The notes beneath the pieces are model-generated. The model was not told where the DNA came from, ran no database searches, and saw only the letters and a list, made by a program, of their open reading frames with translations. From contig OY969695.1 of assembly GCA_963701965.1 (NCBI GenBank), positions 3,456,001 to 3,520,000 on the forward strand: DNA of 64,000 nt, given 5' to 3'. Below are positions 54,617 through 64,000 of the stretch, piece after piece. How positions within the stretch are numbered: the first letter of the stretch is position 1; the number at the start of each line of letters is the position of its first letter. This DNA comes from an uncultured Gemmatimonadales bacterium. GTDB lineage: Bacteria; Gemmatimonadota; Gemmatimonadetes; Gemmatimonadales; Gemmatimonadaceae. The position numbers and the translations under genes are program-made.

Positions 54617-55325
54617 TCGAGCGCCAGACGTCGAGGGTGATCACGAAACGGGCGCCGTGGGCGCCTGTTTCGTTTTTGAGCGACCCGCCCCAGGGTTCGA
54701 TGATGTGGCGGGCAACAGCCAACCCCAGACCCGCGACCGCCGCTGGTTTGGTCGTCGCGAATGGTTCGAACAGCCGGTCGCGCATGACCGCGGCAACGCC
54801 CGGCCCATTGTCCTCGACCGTGATGGCGACGACTCCGTCGCGCGCGCCCGCGGAGAGCCGGATCACGCCGTCCGGGCGATCGCCCAGCGCTTCCAGCGCA
54901 TTCAGCACGATGTTGAGCAGCGCGTGGGTGAGCGCCGCGGCATTGGCGCGGACGGCGGGCAGCTGGGGCGCGATGCCCGTCAAGTCCAATGCCGCGGAGG
55001 ACGGGCGTCCCCGATGCGCGGCGACGATCAACTCGACGATCTCGGCGAGTGGCGTTGGTGCCGGCTCGTCGTCGACCGGCGGACGCTGCGCGCGCGAGCA
55101 GAAGTCGAGCAGTGGACGGATTTGACGCGCGTGGACCGCGAGCGACTGGCGGATCGGCTCCGTGATCGCCGCGCCGTTCCGGGCGATCAGCTCACCAGCG
55201 AGCGAGAGGGCTTGGGCCGGGGTCCGCAGCTCGTGCAGCAGCCAGCGGGTGACGAGACCGAAGACGATGCCGCGATTGGCCGCGACCAGCACCGCGGCAG
55301 TGCGCGGATCATCAGAGAGTGGCAC
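54564..55325 (-). CDS. Sensorless histidine kinase (HisKA plus HATPase_c)
   Basis: LHELRTP H-box, NIVLNALEA, EDNGPG, FEPFATTK, GLGL. Start is approximate. Confidence 0.75.
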   Translation of the reverse strand: MPLSDDPRTAAVLVAANRGIVFGLVTRWLLHELRTPAQALSLAGELIARNGAAITEPIRQSLAVHARQIRPLLDFCSRAQRPPVDDEPAPTPLAEIVELIVAAHRGRPSSAALDLTGIAPQLPAVRANAAALTHALLNIVLNALEALGDRPDGVIRLSAGARDGVVAITVEDNGPGVAAVMRDRLFEPFATTKPAAVAGLGLAVARHIIEPWGGSLKNETGAHGARFVITLDVWRSISPERLAGDSASSRSLS

Positions 55326-55336
55326 ACGGGAGTGTA

Positions 55337-56494
55337 CTACACGACCGCGGGGCAGATCCAGGCGCCGTCGATGATCGGATCGATCAGATCGCGGCGGCGC
55401 ACGACCTCCAGCGTCGGCGCGGTCAGCGTCGCGCCGGCGGCCAGGAGCTTCACGCCCGACTCGGTGCACAAGTCTTCGGCCAGCACCATGCCGGCCGACA
55501 GCGCCGAGATCGGCACGCGCCATTTGTGGCGACCGCCCCCGCTATCCGGCGCCTTGGCCATGATCGCTTCCACCTGCGCCACGACTGCCGGGTCGTACCA
55601 CGTGCCGGCGTGCGGCGTGAGTGCCCCGACGTCGCCGCCGGCCGCGTAGAAGTCGATCAGGACCCGCAGGAGACGGGAGCGAAGGGGGATCTGTCCCCGC
55701 TGCCGGCGGTCGGGGAAGCCGCTGCCGTCCCAGTTCTCGCCGACCGCCGATACGAGGTCGGCGGCCGAGTGCAGCGCCTCCACGCGCGAGAGCACGTGCG
55801 CGGCGACGACGAGGGAACGCCACCCGGAGGGCGTCAGCCATCCCGGCGCGGCGTCCTTCTCCACGGCCAGGCCCACCTCGTGCAGGAGCGCCGCCCGCTC
55901 CAGATCGCGCGTGAACACGGGCGGTACCTGAAACCGTTTCGCCAGCCGCAGGCTGGATTCGGCGAGCTGTCGTCCCCGATCCGCCGCGCCCGGCCGGGTC
56001 ACGTCGATCATGTACGCCAGGAGGCCGACAAAATGATCGATGCTTTGCAGGAGCGCCGCGTGCGATCCGCCGAGGTCGATCCGGTCGGCCACCAGTTGCT
56101 GCCGGATGCGCCGGGTCCGGAGGGCCGCCCGCACCCGCGACACCAGCTCAATGTCGGACGCTGGCTCGAGGACATAGTCGTCGACCCCACAGGCCAGCCC
56201 GTCGAAGGCGCGCTGGCGGTTCTTCTCACTGGTCAGGACGACGATGACGGCGTCCACCAAAACAGGGTCGGTCTTGAGGCGCTGACACAACGCCATCCCG
56301 GCTTCACCGCCCGTGCCATCGAGGTCGATGAGGACACAGTCCGGCTTCGCGCGCCGCGCCGCGTCGAACGCCGCCGTCGCGTCGGCCTCGATCTCAATGT
56401 TGAACCCCGCGTCGGGGCCGAGCAGCGCGAGGTGCCGCCCGCGACTTTCGGCGTTCCCGTCGACCAGGAGGATCGTCGACCAGGCGGGCTTCAC
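55337..56494 (-). CDS. Degenerate REC-HD-GYP protein
   Basis: Receiver-like N-terminus; ALLHEVG, GENWDGSGFP, IPLRSRLL; C-terminal GMVLAEDL motif. GTGA-coupled to motB. Confidence 0.75.
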   Translation of the reverse strand: MKPAWSTILLVDGNAESRGRHLALLGPDAGFNIEIEADATAAFDAARRAKPDCVLIDLDGTGGEAGMALCQRLKTDPVLVDAVIVVLTSEKNRQRAFDGLACGVDDYVLEPASDIELVSRVRAALRTRRIRQQLVADRIDLGGSHAALLQSIDHFVGLLAYMIDVTRPGAADRGRQLAESSLRLAKRFQVPPVFTRDLERAALLHEVGLAVEKDAAPGWLTPSGWRSLVVAAHVLSRVEALHSAADLVSAVGENWDGSGFPDRRQRGQIPLRSRLLRVLIDFYAAGGDVGALTPHAGTWYDPAVVAQVEAIMAKAPDSGGGRHKWRVPISALSAGMVLAEDLCTESGVKLLAAGATLTAPTLEVVRRRDLIDPIIDGAWICPAVV

Positions 56495-57321
56495 GGCGAC
56501 GCGGTCCCGGTCGAATCGGGCAGGTCCGGCAGCGGTTTGCCGGGCGCCTCCTTCGACGGCGGTGTTTCGAACAGCATCGTGATCGTGACGCGCCGGTTGC
56601 GGGGCGCCGTCGGATTGTCCGGTTCGCGGAGCTGGCGGTCGGCGTGTCCGCGCACTTCCCACACCTGGGCGACGTGGAGGCCGCCCTGCACCAGGATGCG
56701 CCGCGAGACGTTGGCCCGGTCGGAGCTCAATTCCCAGTTCGTGTAGGTCGCGTCCACATGATAGGGTACCGCGTCCGTGTACCCTTCGATGGTCACGGGA
56801 TTGGGCAGCGTGCCCAACTCTTCGCCGAGGACTTCGAGCAACTGGGCGACTTCGGCCCGCGGGACCGCTGAACCGGTCTCGAAGAACACCCCGCTCGAGT
56901 CCTCCAGGAGCTGGATCCGGAGCCCCTCGTCCGTGATCTCGATCTCGATATGGCTCGCCAGCTCCTTGAACTCCGGCGTCTTGAGCCGGCGCTGGATTTC
57001 CTTCCCCAGCTGCGCGACCAGCGCTTCCTTCATGCTGGTGATTTCGGCCTGATTGATGGGGCGCGGGTTGGGCGTGGCCCCCTCGCCCTTGACAATGGTG
57101 GCGCCAAACTCCGTGGCGCGGCCTAACGGGTCCTGGAAGTACCCGGCGATGGCCGTCCGGATGTCCGAGCTCTGGGACACGATCCACAGTACCAGGAACA
57201 GCGCCATCATCAATGTCATGAAGTCGGCGAACGCGACTTTCCACGCGCCCCCATGGTGGCCGCCGGCGTGCCGCGATTTCTTCTTGCGGACGATGTAGAC
57301 GGTTTCGCGGTCCTTGTTCAC
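56491..57321 (-). CDS. motB: Stator protein MotB
   Basis: [45 protein letters not shown]. Confidence 0.93.
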   Translation of the reverse strand: MNKDRETVYIVRKKKSRHAGGHHGGAWKVAFADFMTLMMALFLVLWIVSQSSDIRTAIAGYFQDPLGRATEFGATIVKGEGATPNPRPINQAEITSMKEALVAQLGKEIQRRLKTPEFKELASHIEIEITDEGLRIQLLEDSSGVFFETGSAVPRAEVAQLLEVLGEELGTLPNPVTIEGYTDAVPYHVDATYTNWELSSDRANVSRRILVQGGLHVAQVWEVRGHADRQLREPDNPTAPRNRRVTITMLFETPPSKEAPGKPLPDLPDSTGTASP

Positions 57322-57322
57322 G

Positions 57323-58195
57323 CTACGCCGCCTTGGCTTTCTTCGCCGACTCCTTGCACGCGCTCTCCATCTCCTGGAAACTCGGTCGGATGTCCTCGGC
57401 GATCGTGCGCCGCCCGAACTCCACGGCGACCATCGGGGGCACCCCCTTGGCAAAGGCCACGACGGAGGCTTTCAGGAACCCCAGGCACCGGGTCTCCTCG
57501 GAGTCGCGCATCTCGATGCTGGTCGCCACCGGTCCCACGAACCCGTAGGACAGCAAGATCCCCAGGAACGTGCCGACGAGGGCCGACGCCACGTGGTGGC
57601 CAATCGCCTCGATCGGGCCGCCGACGGATTGCATGGTGACCACGATGCCGAGCACCGCCGCCACGATGCCGATACCCGGCAGCGAGTCGCCGACCTTGTT
57701 GATCGCCGAGACGATCTGCGCGTTCGTCTCGTGGTGGACGTCGATCTCCGAGTCCATCATCGCGTCCAGATCGAACGGCGGAACGCTGCCCAGGAGCACC
57801 AGCCGCAGGGAGTCGCACAGGAACGTCACCAGATGGTGGTCGTTGGCGACCTTTGGGTAGCGCTTGAAAATGAGACTTTTCTCAGGCGACTCAATGTGCG
57901 ACTCGATCGCGATCAGCCCGTCGCGCCGGGCGCTCTGAAACAGCTCGTGGAGCAGTTTCAGCGCGTCCAGATACATGGTCCGGCTGAACGGGCTGGGTTT
58001 GAGAACCGACACGATCTTGGTGAACACCCCTTTGATCACGCCGGGGGGCGTGGACACCAGCAGGGTCCCCAGCGCTGTGCCGATAATGACCACGTACTCG
58101 GACGTGACGAGGAGGACGGCGAATGGCCCACCCGCCATCGCGAATCCACCGAGTACGGAACAAACGACTATGAGAAAGCCGACAATGGCGAGCAT
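57323..58195 (-). CDS. motA: Stator protein MotA
   Basis: [49 protein letters not shown]. Confidence 0.95.
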   Translation of the reverse strand: MLAIVGFLIVVCSVLGGFAMAGGPFAVLLVTSEYVVIIGTALGTLLVSTPPGVIKGVFTKIVSVLKPSPFSRTMYLDALKLLHELFQSARRDGLIAIESHIESPEKSLIFKRYPKVANDHHLVTFLCDSLRLVLLGSVPPFDLDAMMDSEIDVHHETNAQIVSAINKVGDSLPGIGIVAAVLGIVVTMQSVGGPIEAIGHHVASALVGTFLGILLSYGFVGPVATSIEMRDSEETRCLGFLKASVVAFAKGVPPMVAVEFGRRTIAEDIRPSFQEMESACKESAKKAKAA

Positions 58196-58204
58196 TCCTG
58201 GCTA

Positions 58205-58256
58205 GTATCGGCCGGTACGGCACGCATCTACAGTCCCCCACGTGCGGTGCCGATAG
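58205..58256. promoter_or_regulatory. Bidirectional sigma28 promoter with one shared -35 hexamer
   Basis: GTATCGGC-N15-CTACAG-N15-GCCGATAG. Confidence 0.75.
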
Positions 58257-58264
58257 TAACCAAC

Positions 58265-60241
58265 ATGCGCTTTCTGTACACATGGCTCGCCCGTGTGAGT
58301 CTCCGGCCCAAGCTCGTCGGAGCCTTCCTGCTGCTCGCCTTGACGGCGGCGATCGCCGGCGAAATCGGGCTCGCGCGGTTCAAGGCCTCCGACGTGGCCA
58401 GCGACGAGGCGGATGTCCGGGCGATCCGTCAGGAGCGGGCGCTCTACGACGTGACGACGCACTTCCTGATGGCGCGCGACACGTTGGCGCTGGCGGACCG
58501 GGAGCTGTCGCTCGTCGACACGGGACTGGACACGCTGGCGACCATTGTTCCCGACGCGACCGCCCGCGTGCGACTGGACCGCGTCCGGCAGCTCGCGCGG
58601 GACTACGCCGCGGCTCCCGACGCGGCGTCGCGGAAGCGCGCCGAGGGCGCCATGATGACGGCGCTCGCGGCGTTTCGGGAGATGGCCGACAGCGAGGCGA
58701 TGACCGCGAGCCGCAACGCCGAAACGGCGACCCGTCGCGCGGTCAACGCCTTCATGGTCTCGGGGCTCGTCGTCGTCGTGCTGTCGGTCGTCCTCGGGTT
58801 TGGGCTGGCGGCCCATATCGCCGCGCCCTTGCAACGGCTGGGCGAGATGGCGGAAGCCATGGCCACCGGCCGTACCCCGAGGGGCAAATTGCGCATCACC
58901 TCGCGGGACGAGATCGGTTTGGTCGGATACTCAATGGACCGCCAATTCCAAGCGGCGCAGGAGATGGCGGCGATCGCCGACCGGATCGCGTCGGGCGACA
59001 TGACGAACGAGATCAAGGTCCGGGGCGACGAGGACCACTTCATGCTCGCGTTCGCGCGGTTGCAGGAAACGGTCGCCGCTTTGACCTCGGAGACGATCCG
59101 CCTCATGGAGGCGGCGCGGGCCGGCAACCTCCGCCAGCGCGGCAATGCCAGCCGGTTCGCCGGCGGCTATCGGGAGTTGATCAATGGCTTCAACGCGACG
59201 TTGGAGGCCGTCATCGCGCCAATGAACGAAGCGGCGCAGGTGCTCGATCGGTTGGCCCAACGCGACCTGACCACGGAAATGCGCGGCGCCTACGCGGGGG
59301 ATCACGCCCGGATCAAGGACGCCATGAACAAGGCCATTGGCGAGGTCAGCCGGGCCTTGGGCACCATCGGCGAGCACGCCCGGACGCTGGCGGCGCACGC
59401 GGAGCAGCTGTCCGTGGTGTCCGGCCACATGGGGACGGCGGCCGAGCGGACCAACACGCAGGCGTCGACGGCATCGGCGGCGTCGGAGCAAGTCTCGCAG
59501 AACATCGCGACCGTGGCGACGGGCACCGAGGAGATGAGCGCCTCGATTCGTGAGATCGCGGCCAACGCCGCCGAGGCCGCGCGCGTCGCGGTGGATGCGC
59601 GCGAGGACGCCGCCGTCACCAATCGCCTGGTCATCACGCTGGGCGAGTCGACGGCCGAGATCGGCGAAGTGCTCAAACTGATCACGACGATCGCGCAGCA
59701 GACCAACTTGCTGGCGTTGAACGCGACGATCGAGGCCGCCCGCGCCGGCGAGGCGGGGAAGGGTTTCGCGGTCGTGGCCAGCGAGGTCAAGGAGTTGGCG
59801 AAGCAGACCGCCCGTTCCACCGACGAGATCGCGGCCAAGATCGCGACGGTGCAGGAGAGTGCGCGCGCCGCGGTCGACGCCATGGCCCGCATCGGCAAGA
59901 CGGTGACGCGCATTTCCGACATCCAGGGCACGATCGCCAGCGCCGTGGAAGAGCAGACCGCGACCACGAACGAGATGAACCGCAACGTCACGGAAGCGGC
60001 GAAAGGCGCGATGGAGATTGCCGCCAGCGTGTCGGCGCTCGCCCAGGCCGCGCAGGAGACCACCACGGGCGCGCAGCAGACGCGCGACGCCGCGGAGGAG
60101 TTGACCCGAATGGCCGCCGGGCTGACCGATCTGGTCGCCCAATTCCGCCTGGCGACGATCGCCCCCGCGACGGCCGGCGCCGGGCCGCCACCATTGCCGG
60201 CGCGCTTTCGCCGGCCCGCCCGCCATTCCCTCGGAAAATGA
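58265..60241 (+). CDS. Methyl-accepting chemotaxis protein
   Basis: Two TM segments, HAMP domains, [30 protein letters not shown]. Confidence 0.92.
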   Translation: MRFLYTWLARVSLRPKLVGAFLLLALTAAIAGEIGLARFKASDVASDEADVRAIRQERALYDVTTHFLMARDTLALADRELSLVDTGLDTLATIVPDATARVRLDRVRQLARDYAAAPDAASRKRAEGAMMTALAAFREMADSEAMTASRNAETATRRAVNAFMVSGLVVVVLSVVLGFGLAAHIAAPLQRLGEMAEAMATGRTPRGKLRITSRDEIGLVGYSMDRQFQAAQEMAAIADRIASGDMTNEIKVRGDEDHFMLAFARLQETVAALTSETIRLMEAARAGNLRQRGNASRFAGGYRELINGFNATLEAVIAPMNEAAQVLDRLAQRDLTTEMRGAYAGDHARIKDAMNKAIGEVSRALGTIGEHARTLAAHAEQLSVVSGHMGTAAERTNTQASTASAASEQVSQNIATVATGTEEMSASIREIAANAAEAARVAVDAREDAAVTNRLVITLGESTAEIGEVLKLITTIAQQTNLLALNATIEAARAGEAGKGFAVVASEVKELAKQTARSTDEIAAKIATVQESARAAVDAMARIGKTVTRISDIQGTIASAVEEQTATTNEMNRNVTEAAKGAMEIAASVSALAQAAQETTTGAQQTRDAAEELTRMAAGLTDLVAQFRLATIAPATAGAGPPPLPARFRRPARHSLGK

Positions 60242-62230
60242 CGATACGCTCGAAATTGATGCTGGGGTTCGGGACGATCAGCGCGCTGTCGGTCGTCGTC
60301 GGCCTCGCGGGACTCTGGAGTCTGCGCGCCGCCAACCGGTCGACCGAGATCATCGCGCGCCAACGGATGCCGGCGGCCGTCGCCGTGCTGGAGGTCCTGG
60401 CCGGGAGCCGCACGATCGAGCGCGATCTCCGGCAGAGCGTCCTCGCCCGGTCGCCCGCCGAGACGCGGATGTGGGAGCGCAGCATTGGCGGCGCCGAGAC
60501 CATGGAAGCCGCGGCCATGCGGGAGCTCGACAGCCTGCGCCTCTCGTCCGAGGGGATGGCCAAGCTGAAGGAGCTCCGTCAAGCGCTGGCGGTCGACGCG
60601 CCGTTTGAGCAGCGGATCGCCGTGGCCAGCGGCGCCGGACACGCCGACCTGGCCCGCGAGATCATCTTCGGCGCCGACTACACGGCCGCCGCGGCGGCGG
60701 TCAATGATCGGGCGCTGGAGCTGGTCGCCATCATTAAAGCCCACTCCGACGCCATCATCGCCCAGGATCGAGCGCGCGGCCACCCAGGCGTCGACGCTGG
60801 TCCTCATCGTCTTGGCCGTCGTGGTGGCGTTGGGTGTAGGGATCGCGGCGATCCTCTCGCGACGGTTCACGCTCACCGTCCGCGAGATTCTCGACCGCGC
60901 CGACCGCCTCAGCGAGAATTGCGTCGCCAGTTTGAACAGCGGTCTGGAGCGCTTGGCGGTGGGAGATCTCACCACCCAGCCGGAAGCGACCACGCCGCCG
61001 ATCGTCGTCCACGGCACCGACGAGTTGAGCCAGCTCGCGACGCGCATGAACCAGATCATTCAGCGCACGCAGTCCACGCTGCGGAGCTTCGGAACGGCGC
61101 AAGACGTCGTGCGCCGTCTCATCGCCGAGATGGAGATGCTGCGCGTGGCGGGCACCGAGGGCAAGCTGTCCACGCGCGGCGCCGCCGACTCCTATGCCGG
61201 CGCCTTCCGCAATGTGATCGCGGGGGTGAACGCGACGTTGGAAGCGGTCGTGGCGCCCATGCACGAGGCGGCCGCGGTGCTCGAAGGCATGGCCCAGCGC
61301 GATCTCACGGCGCACATGACGGGCGCCTACTCCGGCGATCACGCCATGATCAAGTACGCCCTCAACGCCACGCTCGACGAAGTGCGCCGCGCCATCGCGA
61401 CGATCGGCGAGCACGTCCAGATCCTGGCGTCGAGCTCCGAGGAGTTGTCGGCGGTGTCGGCCCAGTTGGGCGCGGCGGCCGAGGAGACGAGCCAGCAGAT
61501 GCGGGTCGTCTCGGGCGGTTCCGAACACGTCTCGGAGAGCGTCCAGACGGTGGCCGCGGGCACCGAGGAGATGACCGCCTCGATGCACGAGATCGCCAAG
61601 AGCGCCAACATCGCGGCACAGGTCGCGGCCCGCGGCGTCGGCGTCGCCACGGCGACCAACGCGACGGTCGTGAAGCTGGGCGAATCGAGCGCCGAGATCG
61701 GCAACGTGATCAAGGTCATCACGTCGATCGCCCAGCAGACGAACCTGCTGGCGCTCAACGCGACTATCGAGGCGGCGCGCGCGGGCGAGGCCGGAAAGGG
61801 CTTCGCGGTCGTGGCCAACGAGGTCAAGGAGCTCGCCAAGCAGACGGCCCAGGCGACCGAGGACATCAGCCGGCGGATCGTCGGACTCCAGGAGAACGCC
61901 CACGCGGCGGTCCAGGCAATCGGCGAGATCAACGCGATCATCACGCAGATCTCCGACATTCAAGGCGCCATCGCCAGCGCCGTCGAGGAGCAGACGGCGA
62001 CCACCAACGAGATGAGCCGGAACGTGACGGCGGCCGCGCGCGGCGCCGCCGAGATCGCGTCCAGCGTCTCGGGCGTGACCCAGGCGGTGGGCGAGACGAC
62101 CACGGGCGCGCAGCAGGCGCGCCGGTCGGCCGAAGAACTGTCGCGCATGGCGAACAGCCTGCGCGAGTTGGTGGCCCAATTCCGGTTGGGCGATGGCAGC
62201 CAACGCGCCATCCGGCGCGTCGCGGCCTGA
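60238..62230 (+). CDS. Methyl-accepting chemotaxis protein with apparent +1 frameshift near 60765
   Basis: TM1 and 4-helix-bundle sensor in frame 1; TM2, HAMP and signalling domain in frame 2. Confidence 0.88.
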
Positions 62231-62237
62231 CGGCGGT

Positions 62238-64000
62238 ATGGACGACGTCCTGCGGGAGTTTCTGGTCGAGAGCATCGAAGGGCTCGACCAGCTCGACCGG
62301 AATCTGGTCGCGCTGGAGCAGCGACCGGGTGATGGCGAGCTGCTGGCGTCCATCTTCCGCTGCGTCCACACCATAAAGGGCACCTGCGGATTCCTCGGCT
62401 TTCCGATCCTCGAGTCGGTCGCCCACGCCGGGGAGAGCCTGCTCGCGCTCCTGCGCGATGGCACCGTGAGCCTGACGCCGGCCATCACCAATGGCCTGCT
62501 CCAGCTGGTCGACGCCATCCGGTCGATCCTGGGGCGGATCGAGTCGACGGGAAAGGAAGGGGCGATCGCCTACACCGATCTCATCGCCCTGCTCAGCCGG
62601 CTCCACTCCGGAGAGGCCGCGTCGGAGACAGTGGCTGGCGTCGCCGAGCCCGCCGATGGCCGGATGGCGTTGGCCGATACGACGGTCCGTGTCGACGTGA
62701 CGTTGCTCGACCGGCTCATGAACCTCGTCGGCGAGTTGGTCCTGGCCCGCAACCAGGTCTTGCAGTACACCGCGCGCACGAGCGACGCGACGTTCTTGCC
62801 GACGTCGCAGCGCTTGAATCTCATCACCAGCGAGCTCCAAGAAGGGGTGATGAAGACCCGCATGCAGCCGATCGGGAACGTGTGGGGCAAGTTCCCGCGC
62901 GTCGTACGCGACCTGGCGGTCGTCTGCGGCAAGCAGGTGGCGTTGGAGATGACGGGTGAGGACACGGAACTGGACCGCACGATCATCGAGGCGGTCAAGG
63001 ATCCGCTCACCCATATCGTCCGCAACAGCATCGATCACGGGATCGAGCTCCCCGCGGACCGCGTCGCCGCCGGCAAGCCTGCCGAGGGGCGGATCACCAT
63101 GCGGGCCTACCACGAGGGTGGGCAGGTCAACATCGAGATCGGGGACGACGGCGGGGGAGTGGACACCAATCGGGTGCGGAAGCGCGCGATCGAGCGCGGA
63201 TTGATCACGCCCGATCACGCCGCCCAGATGACCGAGCGTGAAGCGCTCGACATCATCTTCCAGCCGGGGTTCTCGACGGCCGCGCAGGTGAGCACGATAT
63301 CCGGCCGCGGGGTGGGGATGGATGTGGTGCGGACCAACATCGAGAGGATCGGCGGCACGGTGGACGTCGAGACGGTCGCCGGCCGGGGGTCGACGATCCA
63401 CATCAAGATCCCGTTGACGCTGGCCATCGTGCCGGCGCTGGTCGTCACCTGCGCCGGCGATCGCTACGCCATTCCCCAGGTCAATCTCGTCGAGCTGGTC
63501 CGGAGCGCGCGGGCCGTCGAGATGGTGCACGGCGCTCCGGTGTACCGGCTCCGCGGCCGCCTGCTGCCCCTCGTCTGGCTGAACGAAGCCTTGGGCGATC
63601 CCATCGCCGCCCGGCACGCCGAACGGCAGGTCGAGACGATCGTCGTGCTCCGCGCGGGCGAGAGCGTGTTCGGGGTCGTGGTCGATGAGGTGAATGACAC
63701 CGAGGAGATCGTCGTCAAGCCGCTCGGGAAGATGCTCAAGGGCATTCCCCTGTTCGCTGGTGCCACGATCATGGGGGACGGCGGCGTGGCGCTCATCCTC
63801 AATGTGGTCGGGCTGGCGCAACAGGCGCACGTCGTGTCGGGCCCGCGCGAACGCGCCCGGGCCGATGCGAAAGGGGAGCGGCTCACGACCGACCCGCGAC
63901 AGACGCTGCTCATCCTCGGGTTGGGAACCGATCGCCGGCTGGCGGTCCCGCTGTCCGCGGTGGCGCGCCTCGAGCAGCTCCCCCGCGGCACGGTCGAACG
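62238..64000 (+). CDS. cheA: Chemotaxis kinase CheA (3' truncated by window edge; not in the ORF track)
   Basis: MDDVLREFLVES...IFRCVHTIKG (P1), TVRVDVTLLDRLMNLVGEL, HIVRNSIDHGIE, GRGVGMDVV, IPLTLAI; a CheW domain followed by the start of a second one. Confidence 0.93.
   Translation, partial: MDDVLREFLVESIEGLDQLDRNLVALEQRPGDGELLASIFRCVHTIKGTCGFLGFPILESVAHAGESLLALLRDGTVSLTPAITNGLLQLVDAIRSILGRIESTGKEGAIAYTDLIALLSRLHSGEAASETVAGVAEPADGRMALADTTVRVDVTLLDRLMNLVGELVLARNQVLQYTARTSDATFLPTSQRLNLITSELQEGVMKTRMQPIGNVWGKFPRVVRDLAVVCGKQVALEMTGEDTELDRTIIEAVKDPLTHIVRNSIDHGIELPADRVAAGKPAEGRITMRAYHEGGQVNIEIGDDGGGVDTNRVRKRAIERGLITPDHAAQMTEREALDIIFQPGFSTAAQVSTISGRGVGMDVVRTNIERIGGTVDVETVAGRGSTIHIKIPLTLAIVPALVVTCAGDRYAIPQVNLVELVRSARAVEMVHGAPVYRLRGRLLPLVWLNEALGDPIAARHAERQVETIVVLRAGESVFGVVVDEVNDTEEIVVKPLGKMLKGIPLFAGATIMGDGGVALILNVVGLAQQAHVVSGPRERARADAKGERLTTDPRQTLLILGLGTDRRLAVPLSAVARLEQLPRGTVE

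Noticed and set aside
57314..58264. N-terminal extension of the 975-aa MCP ORF
   Set aside because: Antisense to motA. The real start is ATG 58265, just after the sigma28 promoter.
59690..61850. Near-identical DNA stretches between the two MCP genes
   Set aside because: Expected conservation of the MCP signalling hairpin in paralogs; not a repeat element.
62673..62680. GCCGATAC inside cheA
   Set aside because: No -35-like hexamer at 14-15 nt spacing; explained by Ala-Asp-Thr codons.

Overview
High-GC window holding an almost complete flagellar and chemotaxis super-cluster. Gene order and protein style suggest a Gemmatimonadota-like host; this is inference and is not testable here. Left to right: (1) the 3' end of a TonB-dependent receptor, an ECF sigma factor and a Wzi-like outer-membrane protein; (2) a minus-strand flbT-flaF-orf64-flgM-cheY-cheZ block; (3) a flagellin glycosylation island of about 16 kb with two TPR-glycosyltransferases, pseB/C/I/G/F, a methyltransferase, an SDR, a ThDP enzyme, an ATP-grasp ligase and a GH57/NodB-fold protein, but no pseH; (4) a small alpha/Desulfobacterota-type flagellin, divergent from an unknown sigma28-driven protein, and a displaced flgL; (5) a sigma54 activator and the flgB-to-flgK basal body/export/hook genes with flhF, flhG and fliA; (6) motAB with a degenerate REC-HD-GYP protein and a sensorless kinase; (7) two MCPs and the start of cheA. 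No fliD, fliS, fliW or csrA is visible. Regulatory signals can be read directly: seven sigma28 promoters and three sigma54 promoters with ftr-like enhancers at conserved spacing. Four sigma28 promoters imply leaderless mRNAs, and two share a single -35 hexamer. The flagellin 5'UTR has three AGAAY-loop hairpins. Six single-base frameshifts look more like sequencing/assembly errors than pseudogenes. No rRNA, tRNA, CRISPR array or mobile element was recognised.
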